A model generated the notes under the pieces. That model had not been told where the DNA came from and ran no database searches. It was given only the letters and a program-made list of their open reading frames with translations. The position numbers and the translations under genes were made by a program. This document shows positions 29,457 to 42,600 of a stretch of 64,000 nucleotides of DNA, piece after piece; position 1 is the first letter of the stretch; each line of letters begins with the position of its first letter. Origin of the DNA: an uncultured virus (IMG/VR IMGVR_UViG_3300006888_000001) (Duplodnaviria > Heunggongvirae > Uroviricota > Caudoviricetes); IMG/VR virus record IMGVR_UViG_3300006888_000001, one strand, 5' to 3'.

Positions 29457-30599
29457 ATGGGAATCATGATGCCCATCACCCTGAGCGGCGGCATGCAGCG
29501 CGCTCATCAGGACAATCAGGCGGACCAGCGGTTCGAGCAGGAAACGCAGTATAACGACAAGCGCATGCAGGGCCTGGATCTGGGCATGCGCAAAGACAGG
29601 CTGGAGCTGGACGAGTTCGAGAAGGGTCTGCCCCTGAAGCAGATGCAGCGCGATGCGCAAACCATTGTGGCCCGCGCCAAAGCTGCGATCATGGCGATAG
29701 ATGGGCAACCAATCCAGCTGAGTGATGGTGAATACGAACTGAAGCCGGATCAGGTAGGCCCGTTCCTGGCGCAGACATTTACGGACATGCCCGCCTTTGG
29801 CGCCGTGGAGTGGCGTAACGGCAAGCTGGTGTCCGGTGGCCGGGAAATACCCCTGGACGTAGCGATGGAGCGCCTGGTGAAACTGGCCGATCCTGAAACC
29901 GCCCTGAAGCTCAAGCAGCTGGAATACGCGCCTGCCCAGTACGTGGTTAACGGCAAGGTCGTGACCATGACGCCCAAGCAGGCCGCGTCCGTGCCCGGCG
30001 CCCAAAAGCTGGACAACGTCAAGGGCGGGCTGGATCTGGGCAAGGCCAGTGCTGAGATAGGCAATATCAATGCCCAAGCCGGGGAGCGTCGGGCTCAGGC
30101 GGGCAAGTACGCGGCGGAAACGCAGTGGATCGGTCCCAAGGCACAGGCGGACATAAGCGCCACCAACGCCCTGGCCGGAGAGCGCCGGGCCAGTGCAGGG
30201 GCCAAGGGGCGTGAGGGTACGGACAAGGAGCGCAAGGCCATCCGCGATGAGATCGATTTTGTGACCAAGCAGATCAAGGATTCAGGCAGTAATACATTTG
30301 CCTTCCTGGGCGATGTCGGCAGTCTGGACGGATTGGATTCCGGCCAGAAGCAGAGCGTGGCTGCACGCATGGATCAGATCGCGAGCGACCCCAAGGCCAA
30401 CACTGTAGAGAGACAGGTAGCCGGTCGTTATATTGCCCTGATGCAGGCCGGGGGCTACCTTGACTCCGATGACGAACTGGCTGCGGCCGATTCCGCCAAG
30501 GCGGAATACGCCAGGCTGGTGCAGCAGTTCGGGCGCGAGCAGGCCCGCGCCATTTTGGCTCGCAAGGCCGGGAATACCGGAGATCCGCGCAACAGATAG
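29457..30599 (+). CDS. Putative internal virion/ejection protein
   Basis: AAGGAG RBS; helical A/Q/K-rich repeats; directly before the giant gene. Confidence 0.6.
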   Translation: MGIMMPITLSGGMQRAHQDNQADQRFEQETQYNDKRMQGLDLGMRKDRLELDEFEKGLPLKQMQRDAQTIVARAKAAIMAIDGQPIQLSDGEYELKPDQVGPFLAQTFTDMPAFGAVEWRNGKLVSGGREIPLDVAMERLVKLADPETALKLKQLEYAPAQYVVNGKVVTMTPKQAASVPGAQKLDNVKGGLDLGKASAEIGNINAQAGERRAQAGKYAAETQWIGPKAQADISATNALAGERRASAGAKGREGTDKERKAIRDEIDFVTKQIKDSGSNTFAFLGDVGSLDGLDSGQKQSVAARMDQIASDPKANTVERQVAGRYIALMQAGGYLDSDDELAAADSAKAEYARLVQQFGREQARAILARKAGNTGDPRNR

Positions 30600-30604
30600 G
30601 GGGC

Positions 30605-33600
30605 ATGATGAATTTTCAGATCACCGACGACATCCTTGACGCCTGGGATCAGGAGCTTGGTTTTGCGGAAGAACGGCAGGCGACCCCTGCCGTTTCGCGT
30701 TCCGTACCGCAGACAAAAGGCAGTGTGGAGCAGGCCCTGACCACGGCCGGAAAATTCGAGCTGACGCCCGAAGTGCTGGACCAGTGGGACCGGGAGCTTG
30801 GGTTTGACAAGGAGCCTGTGGATGCCGCCGCCCGCGAAGCCGTGGCGGAGCCTGCGCAGGTTGAAGGCCCGGGCGTGGTGGCGCGAGGCATAGGCAAGGC
30901 CCTGGGCAATGTCGTCGGTCTGGGCGACCTGTTGCCGGACGTGGAAGTGCGCCTTGGGCAAGACCGCCCGGCGGAGCTGGTGCCACGGTCCGACCCGCGC
31001 GGCCCGGAGTGGGAAAAGCAGGGAGCGGAGATTTCTTCCATGCTCGGACGCGGCGTTGCGCACACGGCCAAGGCCGCGTGGGAGAACGGCGATTTCGGCC
31101 AGACGCAGGAAGAATTGATTGATTCCTACAGGGCGGTCCGTGACAAGGTTGGTGCTGATCAGGAATTTCTGAAGTCTCGCGAGGACTGGGCCGAGGGACT
31201 GCCCGAGGGGATATTGTCCCTGCCGTACTCGCTTACGACCATGGGCGCGAGCCTGCTGGGCAGCCTGGCGGGCTCGCCGGGCGGCAAGACGGGTTCCGTG
31301 CTGGGCGGCATGGCCGCTTCCGGCGCCACGGCTTACCGTGCCAGCCGTCACGACTTCATGGGCAATCTGCTCCTGAAGGCAAGCCAGGAACTTGGCCGCG
31401 TGCCCACGCCCGAGGAATGGACAGCCCTGCAGGACAAGTTTGACGGCGCGGCCACCAAGTATGGCGCTTGGGAAGCTATCCCCGAAGCGGTGGGCAATGC
31501 CATGTTCATGGGCGTTGTCGGGCCGGGCTCCAAGTGGGTGGCGGACAAGCTGAGTAAGAAGTTGGGTACCGGCCTGGTCGGGCGCGTGGTCAAGGGGCCG
31601 GTCGGCCGCGTCACGGCCGGAATGGTTGGCACACAGGCCGAAGAACAGTCGATGGAAGGGCTGACGGGATGGGGCCAGGGCGGCGTAGAGGCCGAAGTAG
31701 GTCTGCGCGACAAAGCGCCAACATTGGCCGAAGCCTACAAGGAGTCATTCGCGCCCACGTTCTGGATGACCATGATCACGGGCGGTTTGGGGACCGGCGC
31801 AAGCCACGTGTATGACCGCTGGAAGCAGAGCGGGCGCATCACGGAACCGGAGGCCGATCCGACCCAGACGCAAATCCCCAGTGACCCGGCCCGCGAGCAA
31901 GCCGCCCGCGACACCCTGGACCAGGGCCGGGAAGTGGATCTGCTGGATCTTACCCCGACCGATCCGGCAACGCCGCCGCCTGCAGTGCCTTCCGCGCCTG
32001 CAGCTGCTGCAGCGTCCACAGTCACGGGCCGCGTGGACGAGCTGGCCGATACGTTGGGGCAAATGAACGATGTCCCCGTGGTGGACGAGGCAAACGAGAT
32101 CAGCCCGGCCGTGCTTGGCACGCCTGAGGGTGACGCCGCGTTCCAGGAGTCTCAGCGTGCCGCAGCCGAGGCGGCCGTTCCCGTGGGCGGCAAGTTCGTT
32201 CCGGATGGGGCGCAGCCTGTAGCGCCGGTAGCGGAACAAGCCCCGGATACCCCATTTACGCCCTCGGAGCTGCAGGGCATGATGCCCGCTCCGGAGGAGC
32301 CCATATTGGTGCCGCCCATGGAGCAGGCCGGCGCGGTGGATGCCTTGGATGCGGGCCAGGGGATGCCCTCAAATGATGTCGAAAAACAGGAAAGAGCCCC
32401 CTGGCAGATGACCTTGGGCGAGTACCTGGAAGCCAAGCCAGATGGCCCCAAGTCCCGGATGAACACGCACGAGCACCATGTGCGCGAGGCCCTGGAGCAG
32501 GGCTTGCCGGTGCCGCCCGAGGTGCTGGCGCGGTACAAGGGGCGGTACTGGATGGAGCGCCAGCCAGAGGAGCCCGTGGCAATCGAGCTGGAAGGCGGGT
32601 TTGGTGGCGGTGAAGGGGCTGCGCCTCCCGGACATGTTTCGATTTTCGATCAGGCAGTTTCGTTTGGGGAAGTGGCAGGGCAGCACAAGCAGGAGGGGAT
32701 GGATGACCGAAGACAAGGCGAAACGGGCGGAGCAGACGCTGGACAGGTTGGCCAAGGCTTTCAACAAGACGACGGCGGGCCGGTCGGCGACATTCAAGCG
32801 GGGGCTGTTCAACAGGATGACCAAGGACAAGGGGGAAGCCTTCAGGCAGGATCTTTTGTCGAGGATCAATCTCGAATAGCCGAAGCGCTGGACTATGCCG
32901 ACAACGTGACGCGGCATCTGGTCGGTGCCGGCGCGTTGACCGAGGAAGAAGCCGGGCTCATCGAGCAGGCCGAGCGTGATGAGAGCGAGGCACGCCTGGC
33001 GGATCTGGCATATGAAATGAGCATGCATGCCGAGGTGCGGGATCATGCCCTGGATATCCATGAGCGCGTGATTTCGCGCATCCGTAAATTGGGCGGGATC
33101 AATTACGACCACGCCCGGGAACAGATGGGCCGGGATGGCATTCAGTGGATGCAATCACGGTTTGGGCTGGGTTTCGTGTCCAGTGACGGGGTCATGCTGG
33201 ACGAGCTGGCGGACATGCTGAGCGCCGAAGTTCCGGAGCTGGCAATCGACCGCGAGGTCCAGAACCTCATGGACCTGCTGCGCGACCGCGTGCAGTCCAA
33301 AAAGGCCATCGAGCAGGATTACAGCCGCGCCGTGGACGGCGTGCGCATGGAGATGAGCGAGATTATCGGCCGCCTGCAGGAGCGCCAGGATTACCGCGAG
33401 GGCAAGAATGTCTTTGACCAGCGCGCCGAATCGGACACGGAGCAGGCCAACGCCCCGCCGCACGACCCGGCCCTAGACGAGTCCATGGCCGAGTTCATGG
33501 CCGAGTATGACCGCCAGCTGGCCGAGAAAGAGGCCAAGGCTCAGAAGCCAAAGACTTTGCGCGAGAAGGGCAAAGAGCGGCGAGAGAAGCGGGCGGAGCC

Positions 33601-36600
33601 GTCACCTGAAAAGCAGGCCAGGGCTACGGCCCGCGCGAACCGCAAGCCTGGTCAGACCCTCAAAGACGCCAAGGCCGAGGTGGCCGACCACGCCCAGGGG
33701 CTCGCTGACAGTCTCAAAGCCGCGGCCGATGTGTTTTCGAGGTTCGGCGGGTTGTCCGTGCGCATCGTCAAGGATGGGGAAGAGGTCAATCAAGACCTTT
33801 ACCGGGAGCTGAAACCCCACCTGACCAAGGCCCTGGAACACCTGAAGGCCATGGGTGTGGCCGGCAAGGACCTGGTGCGCGAGTTCGTGTCCAGGGCCAT
33901 GGAAATTTTCGGGGCCAATGCCGCCAAGGCGCGGCCCTATTTCGCCAAATTTGTGCGCGAGGAAATAGCGGGAGGAACTAATGTCGATCAACAGCGTGGC
34001 GGCGAGGATCTGGAACGAGATAGCAGAGCAGGGCAACCTGGCAACGGCGTGGGCCAAGAAAGCCTTCTCGATGAGCGAGGAGGAGCTGAGCCAGGAGGAG
34101 GACAGGGAATACAAGGCGCTGCTGAAACAGGGCGAGGATCACGAAGTGGCCAGCGCCTTCCTGGACGTGCGGCACCTGCTGGCGGAGAGCAAGGCGATAC
34201 GGGCATACGTGAAGAAACATCCGCAACTGAGCGCGGCCCTGCCGGAAGTGAATTCGGTGAACGAGGCGATACTGCTGGCCATGGGGGACACGGAATTGAG
34301 CCTGTCCCAGACCAAGCGGTTGCGCGAGCTGCTGCAAAGCGAGCTGAAGCAGATGAGCGCATAGCCGATCAGAAAAAGGCCCCGACTGCGCAAAAGTCCG
34401 GGGATCTGGCCAATATCGCCGAAACCCTGCCTGTTCTGTACGAGGGGCAGCATAAGGACGTGCAGTTCGCGGAGCTGCGCTTTGAAAAGGGCGCTGGCGT
34501 CATGTTCACCAACGGCACGGGCACGGGCAAGACCGGGTCCGGCCTCGGTATCGTCAAGCGCCTGGTCAATGCGGACAAGACCAACATCCTCATCGCCGTG
34601 CCGGCGGACAAGATCGCCAAGGACTGGATCGACTTTGCCGCCAAATACCTGAACCTGACCGTCACCCAGCTCAAGGACACCAAGGACGCGGGCAAGGGCG
34701 TGGTCATCACCACGCACGCCAACATGGGCATGAACGATGCCCTGGCATCGCGCCAGTGGGATCTTGTTATCATAGACGAGGCCCACAAGCTCATGAGTTC
34801 CGAGAACGGGGATGTGACCGACGCGCTGAACGCGCTGCGGGCCATCACCATGCACAAGGACGGCGCCTACAAATTGGCCCGTATGCGTCATCCGGATCTG
34901 TATGCGGCCCATGAAGAGGCGTCCGTGTCGCACAAGTGGGCCACGGACGAGCAGATAGCCAAATCCAACGCCGCGTACACGGCATGGAGAAATGCCATGC
35001 GCGCGGTGGACGACGAAGTCCGTCAGGCGCGGGAAAGGGGCATTCGCTCGCGGCTCGATGCCACGGACGGCCGGCCCGGCGTGGTGTTTCTTTCGGCCAC
35101 GCCCTTTGCCTACGTGAAGGACGTGGACTATGCCGCCGGCTATCTGTTCGACTACCCGGAGGTGAAGGGCACGGGCTATAACGCGCCCAGCGGGCAGCAA
35201 TCCTTCATGATCCAGCATTTCGGATTCCGGATGCGCACCGGCAAGATGAACAAGCCGGAGGCGGACGTGGATTCCGGGCTGATGGAACGGCAATTCAACT
35301 CCTGGCTGAAGCGGGAAAAGGTGTTGTCTTCGCGCACCCTACAGGTCGATTTCGACTATGACCGGCGGTTTGTGCTGGTGGAATCGGCCATTGGCCGCAA
35401 GATCGATGAGGGACTGGAACTGTTGCGGTCGAAAAGGTTCCGCGAGCTGGGCGACAAGGTCGGTAAGACGTTCGACCATCTGGCCCGGCGCTACCTGCTG
35501 GAAGCCATCAAGGCCAGGGAGGCGATTTCTGTCATTGAGGCGCACCTGGCGCGCGGCCGCAAGGTTGTGATTTTCCACGACTACAAACAGGGTGGAAACT
35601 GGCACAATCCTTTTGACGTGAGTGGCTACACCCTGGACGATGACGAACAGGTGCGCAGCCAGGCCCGCGCATTTCGAGATGAGTATCCGGACCTGGTCAA
35701 TCTGCCCATCAAGGGCCTGAGCAGTCCCATCGACGCCCTGACCAGGGCTTTTCCGAACCTGCTTCTGTTCAACGGCGACGTGCCCGGCAAGCAGCGCAAC
35801 GAGAACGTCAAGCTGTTCCAGGATGACGATTCCGGGCGCAATCTGATTTTGGTCCAGAGCGCGGCCGGTGAGGCGGGCATCAGCCTGCACGATACCACGG
35901 GCACGCATCAGCGCGTGCTCATCAACCTGGGCCTGCCGACCCGGCCGGTCACGGCCATGCAGCAGGAAGGCCGCATTTACCGCGTGGGCCAGGCTTCGCA
36001 CGCCATTTTCCGCTATCTGAACACGGGCACCAGCTGGGAGCGCTGGGCCTTTGCCTCGACCATTGCGGGCCGCGCCAGCACGGCCGAGAATCTGGCCATG
36101 GGCGAAGAGGCCCGGGCATTGCGGGACGGATTTATCCAGGCCTTCGAGGATTCCGACGCCTGGGAGCCCGGGCACGAGTCCGAGGGCCTGGGCGGCAAAG
36201 AGCGCGACGCGGCCGCCATGGCCGCCATTTCCGAGTGGGACCGCGCCCGGACTATGTATTTCGGCCAGCAGAAAAAAACGTCGCGCACCAAGGCGGCCGA
36301 GGGCGCGGACTATTTCGCCACGCCCGAGCCCCTGGGGCTGAAGATGGTGGAATGGGCGGGCATCAGCCCCGGCATGGACGTGCTGGAGCCCAGCGCCGGG
36401 CACGGCGCCATTGCCCGCTGGTTCCCGGATCTGGCGCGCAAGGTGGTCATCGAGCCATCCCACGAGTTGGCTTCGCGCATCGGCCTGGTATCCGACGCCA
36501 AAATCGTCACCGAGCGGTTCGAGGATCATCACGTCGTCAACAAGTATGACGCCATCGTCATGAATCCGCCTTTCGGCACGGCGGGCAAGCTGGCCATGGA

Positions 36601-39600
36601 GCACGTGGCCAAGGCCTTCACGCACCTGCGCGAGGGCGGGCGCATCGTGGCGCTCATCCCCGAAGGCCCGAGCATGGAGAAGCGGTTTGACGCCTGGTAC
36701 GAGTCCGAGGCGGCCAAGCATGCGCATTTGCGCATGAGCCTGTCTCTGCCGGCCGTGACCTTCGAGCGGGCCGGAACGAGCGTGCGCACGCGCGTGGTGG
36801 TCATCGACAAGGCTGAAAAGCCCGTGGGCCACGTGGAGCAGCGCAGTCCGTCCGAGGTGGGTGGCGAAACGATCAAGGACTTTTTCGAGAACCTGGAGCA
36901 CAGGACGGCTCCGGACCGGGTCCGCACCGAGGATGTCGTGCAGCAGGAAGCGGCGGAAAAGGCGTCCTCCGGCGAGGGCGTGTTCTTCGACGCGGCCGAA
37001 ACCAAGCATTCCAAGACCGGCGAGGCCCTGTATGTGGCCAAAAAGGCCGGGCAGGTATCCGATGCTGATTACAAGAAACTGGCGTCCATGGCCAAGGCGC
37101 ATGGCGGCTGGTGGTCGAGCTATAAGGCATCGGGGGCCATTCCGGGCTTTCAGTTCAAGGACCGCAAGGGCCGAGACGTCTTTTTGCAGGAGGCCAACGA
37201 GCTGCTGCAGGGCGTGGGTAAAGTGGCGGAAGGGCCGGCGCAGTATCAGACCAAGCCTGGGTCTGTACGCACTGCGTCCTCCTTGGATGGTGGGGTTCAT
37301 GCGGTTGACGGCGCATCCGAAACTGTTAGGGCCGAGCAAATCGGAGGTGAATATGGAAAAGAAAGAACCCTTGCCGAATCCGAGCCGGAAAACGAGCGTG
37401 AAGGTGACATATCCGGTCGACGAGGAGCGGATTCTGTTTCCGGAGCCGAGCCAGGAAGCGCTGGACGCCTTCCAGGAGTACGTTCGGTCCTGCTTAAAAC
37501 AGTCGAAAAACAATACGTCCCCGCAAAAATAAAGTCCGATCTTGACGCGGCGGTTGCCGTGGCCAGCCTAGCCGACCAGCCCCAGGAAAACATGGTTGCC
37601 CTGGTGCTGGACGCCGGCAACAAGCCCCTGGCAATTCTGCATCACTCCAAGGGGTCTACAGACTCAACTGTCGCCGAGCCCGCAATCCTGTCCGGCTCCG
37701 TGCTCGATGTACCCGGGGCCAGGTACGTCTATCTGGCGCACAATCATCCGGGCGAAAAAGCCTATCTCTCCCCCCAGGACGTAAAGCTTGCCGGTACCTA
37801 CCATGACCTGTTCGAGGGAAGCGGCGTGAAAATGCTGGGCCTGCTCGCGGTCACGTCGAACAGCTTCGCCAACGAACTGGGTGGCAATATCCCCATTCCC
37901 GCGTCCAGCGGGAAGGGTAAACGCGTTCCCGTACAGGTGCGCGTTTTCTTCGGCGTGTATGAGCCTGAGCGCGTTATTCGGCTGAACGATCCGAATGTGC
38001 TTATCAGGCATAGCGAGACAATCACCGGCGGCGCGGACTCCGGCATAGTGCTGCTCAATACCCAGAATGTCGTGGTGGGCTTTGTGCCTATGTCGCCGCA
38101 GCATATGGCTACGCTGCGCGGGAACGGGCTGGGGAATATCTTGCGGGCCATGCACCGGGCCAATGCCAATGGCGTGCTGGGCGTAATCCCCGGCATTTTC
38201 GACACGAAGGCGTGGCACAATGTTGCGGCCTTGGCGCGGGTCGCGGGGTTGCGTGCTCTTGATGTGCTGTACAGGGATCAACACGGAGATCTGCAATCGT
38301 TCCGTGGTAACGGCCAGGACTTTGGGGGCGACGTGGATGTGTTTTTCTCCCGCGCCGAAAACCCGACCGCCAAGGGCATGCCTGCGGCCGACGTGAAAAG
38401 CGTTGTGGACGCTGTGGCCGGGAATTGGGCCAAGGCTCCGGTGGTGAATGTGGTGCAGTCCGTGCGGGATCTGCCCGCGAAGATTCTGGGCGCGGTGCGC
38501 AAGGCCGGAGCCGAGGGCGACGTGCAGGCCGTTTATCATAACGGCACTATCCACATTATCGCCGACCGCATGGCCAGCGCCGATCACGTGCGCCGCACGC
38601 TGCTGCACGAGGGAACCGGGCACCACGGCTTGCGGCTGATCATGCGCAAGGCGGAACTGAACCGCGCCCTGGATCTGGCCTGGGAAAATTCCAAGGTCCG
38701 CGACGCGGCCGGTGAGATCGCCGGGGGCTACGAACTGGATCTCTCCGACCTGGACCAGCGCCGCGAGGCCGTGGAGGAGGTGCTGGCACACTGGGCGGAA
38801 ACGGGCGTTCGCGCCTGGGCGCTGGATAGGTTTGTGGCCGCCGTGCGCCGCGCCCTGCGCCGGGTGCTGCCGGGCCTCAAGATGACCGATGCTGAGGTCC
38901 TGGACCTGATTGTGCGCGCCCGTCGCGCCGTGGTCGAGGGCAAGGGTGCCAGGGCCGTGGCTGGCGGCGGGGCAAAGATGAGCCGGAACCCGGCGGATAT
39001 AGGCATGATCACTGAGGAGATCGCCACCGCCATAGGATGGCAGCCCGGCCCGATCCGGCTGGGGCCTGAAGACATGACTCATATCGCCGAGCGGCACCAA
39101 AGGGAGATCGCGCGGATGGGCTATCCGTCAGTGAGCGACTTCGTGAAGCATGTCGTCGAGAACTTCGACGCGGTGTATCAAGGGTACGGTCGTTCGGTAT
39201 TTTTGGCGGTGCGTGGTGGTAAAACGTGGAAGGCGGCGACGGTCAAGATGGAGTTTGAGCCCAAAGGAAATTTTTGGCGGGTGGTTTCTGCCAGTCCGGT
39301 ACGACCGGACTATTTTGTGAACCTTGAGGGTGTGGAAAGAAAAAAACTGCTTTGGGAAGGGGCGCAGTCCAATCATCGCCTTGCGGCGACCCCTAGCGCG
39401 GTCTCGGGCCAAAGCAGTTATGAAGGGAACATAAGCGCGACCGATGAGGATGACAATACGTACCTGTCCCGGGGGAGAGGCCGAAAAAGTATCAGTATTG
39501 ACGGAATCGAACGGCCGGCCGTAAACAGCGAGGGCCGGCCTATTCATGAAAGTACGGCTGGAATCGTCAATTTTTGGAGGTGGTTCGATGGATTTCAACG

Positions 39601-42600
39601 AGGAAGAGTTGGTGGAAAAGCTGTTGCAGGCGCATACGCAGGAGGAAATCGACGCGGTGTTCGATTTGATTCCGCTGACGGACGAAGAGGAAGAGAAGTT
39701 GGCCTCGATGACCGGGGACGACCCAGAGTATTTTTTCACGGAACGGCAGAAGCCATAGACGCCTTCGACCTGGACCATCCGAACAGAAAGGACAACGGGT
39801 GGCTGGGCCGGGGCGTGTACCTCATAAGCGACTCCCGCATCGCCGAAACGTACGCCAACCTGAAGGGCGGGTTCAAAAACCAGGCGGTGATGCCGCTCTA
39901 TGCCGCTGTTCGAAACCCCTATCACGCAAGCTTAAAGATAAAGCAGAAACTCAGAAGATTCAGCAAGACGTCTATTGAACGCTGGACGCAGGGCCTCAAA
40001 GACCAGGGCTTTGACGGCGTTGTGTTGGATTTTCCCGACGGCACCACGGAGCTGGTGGCATTCTACCCGGAGCAGGTGAAGTCCGTCACAGGGAACGCCG
40101 GAAGCTTTGACTCCGCAAACGACGACATACGTTTCAGCCGGGGCGAGAAAAAAACAAAGCTCCAGCAATCTGCGTTCAAGACCAGGGCAGATGCCGCCGA
40201 AGCGGGGATGCAAACTGGCGCAGACACCGGAGCTTTGAAAGAACCGCTTCGGGAAAGGGCACCGACCAATCATCGCCTTGCGGCGACCCCTAGCGCTGTC
40301 TCGGGCCAAAGCGGTTCTTCGGACGAATCATTAGAAACCTTCGGCGAGGGTGACAATACCCGTTTTTTCCGCGCCGCTACCCAGGTATCCCAGACCGTGG
40401 CCGGCATGGCCACGCCCATGACTCCCGCGCAGATCGCTGCCGAGCTGGAGGCGAACCGCACCTTTGCCAACAAGATCCATGAAGGCCGCGACCAGGTGAG
40501 ACACCAGATCAAGCTCGCGGCCACGGAGATGCAGCGCGCGGTGCAACGCCTGGCAGACTCCAAAAAGTGGAAGTACAACCCCCTCAAAATATTCTCCTCG
40601 GAAAAGGAGCTTAAAGATTCGTCCCGCTCCCGCCTGCTGGACGCGGCCATGCTTGTGCATCGGGAAATGCAGATCAACCCGGACAAGGTTCAGGAGTTCA
40701 AGGACTGGGCGCGCGAGCAGCTTGAAGTCAAAAAGGTCAAGGGCGAGGAGCGGCTGCGCATTCAGGATCAGCTCCGTGTTTTGGAGGCGGCCGAAAACCT
40801 GACGATTGAGCAGAAGCAGTTCGTGGACGACACCATGAACAACGCTTTCGAGACCTTGGGCGGCCAGGCCAAAAATGCGGGCGTGGTCAACACGCTGCTG
40901 GACAACTACGTGCGCCGCCTGTGGAACCGCCCGCAGGATGGCGACAAGGCCGTCTTCTCCGGCGCCGGGCATGCCTTCAAGACCTTCACCACGGCCAGCA
41001 AGGCCCGGAGCTTGGAAACCATATTTGACGGCTGGATAAAGGGTTACGATTTGCAGATCAAGGGCATCACGTCCAGTTGGGCGGCCATTGCCGGGGAGAT
41101 CGGCGAGATCGTGGCGAACAAGCAGTTCATTCAGGAAGGCCGCGCTCAGGGCGTGCTCTCTGCGCGGCGCCAAAAGGGTTATGCCGAGCTGCAGGGCAAG
41201 GGGTTTCAGGTCTGGGTGCGCAAGGCCGGGGTTAAGATCCGCATGCGCGACGTGTACGGCCTCTTGGGCACCGATGGTCAGGGCCGTAAGATGTACGTGT
41301 CCACGCCGAACAGGTACTGGGCCGTCTATACGGATAAGGCTGCGCGCCGGGCGGATACGCTGTTTGACGACGAAGCTCTGGCCCGGGCCTATGCGGAGCA
41401 GCTGCGCGAGCAAGGGGCTCCCGGCGCGTGGGTCGAGTTTCGGCAGGAAGTGGATATTTTCGAGAAGGTGCCCCTGTACGCGCCGGAAAAGGTGGCGGAC
41501 CTCATCAATAGAATGACCCGCGCCATGGACGGGGATAGCCCGTGGAAGGCGCCCTTGCCGCGTGCCATTCTGGCCTTCAACAACGCGGCCAAGGGCTGGA
41601 TTCTGATGACCAGCTTCTTTCACCATCTGGCCGGCGCCCGGTCGTGGGCTTTCGGCGTGAACCAGGGTGCCCTGGAAGCGCTGCGCAAGGGCGACGTGTC
41701 CGATGCCGTGCAGAAAATGGCCAGATCCATCAACCCGGTTTCCGCCCACAAGCGGGGCCTGGAGAAGATCCGGACCAGCAATGCCGTGTTGCGCCAGCTC
41801 ATCAAGCATGGCCTGACCCTTGGCGAGCTGGCAGACTGGTCCGAGGGAGTGGCGTCCGAGCATCGCGGCATCACGGACCGGCTGTTTACGCACCTTTCCG
41901 GACGGCTGCCTGGCGCGGAAAAGGTTGTCGCGGGCGTGCGGGCCGGGCGGTACTTCCGCGAACGGGCGGCCAACGCGCTCTTCAAACGCTATTTTGCCGG
42001 GCTCAAGGCCGAGGCTGCCGTGCTGGAATACGGGCATCAGCTCGATGCCGAGATCCGCGAAGCGAACCGGGAAGGGCGGGTGCCCAACCCGGATCTGGTG
42101 GCCGAGCGGGTGGCGCGCCTGGTCAATGACGACTTCGGCGGCCTGCATCTGGCACGCATGGGCAGGCATCCCGGCGTGCAGGCGGGGCTGCGCCTGTTGC
42201 TGCTGGCGCCGGACTGGACCGAATCGAACTGGCGCACGATCACGGGCATGGTGCCCGGGCTGAACGACGCCGTCGCGCGGATGATGCACGAGGTGCCCGC
42301 GCCTCCCGGCATGGACAAGGTGTATCGCCGTTTCTGGGCGCGGATCATCGTGGTCGGGGCGCTGCACACGCTGGCCCTGCAGGTGCTGGTGTCGGCCCTG
42401 CTTGGTGATGACGACGATCATTGGTATGACCTGTACAAGGACCAGTTCGCGGACTGGGACGCGCTGCGGCGCATGAAATGGACGGGCGTTGACGTGACGC
42501 CGATCTACAAGCGGCTCGGCGTGGACGTGCCCAAGGGTGAGCGCCGGGTCTTTTCCGTGGTCGGGCACTTCGCCGATTTCCTGCGGATCATGGATCCGGA

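Noticed and set aside
33507..33812. Other +1-frame ORFs inside the giant gene (e.g. 33507..33812, 36051..36341, 41820..42263)
   Set aside because: No correctly spaced SD seen; R/P/S/W-rich translations typical of off-frame reading
39345..40316. The 75-nt repeat read as a ribozyme or a DGR repeat pair
   Set aside because: No hammerhead CUGAUGA/GAAA core seen; differences are not confined to adenines of one copy; no RT gene
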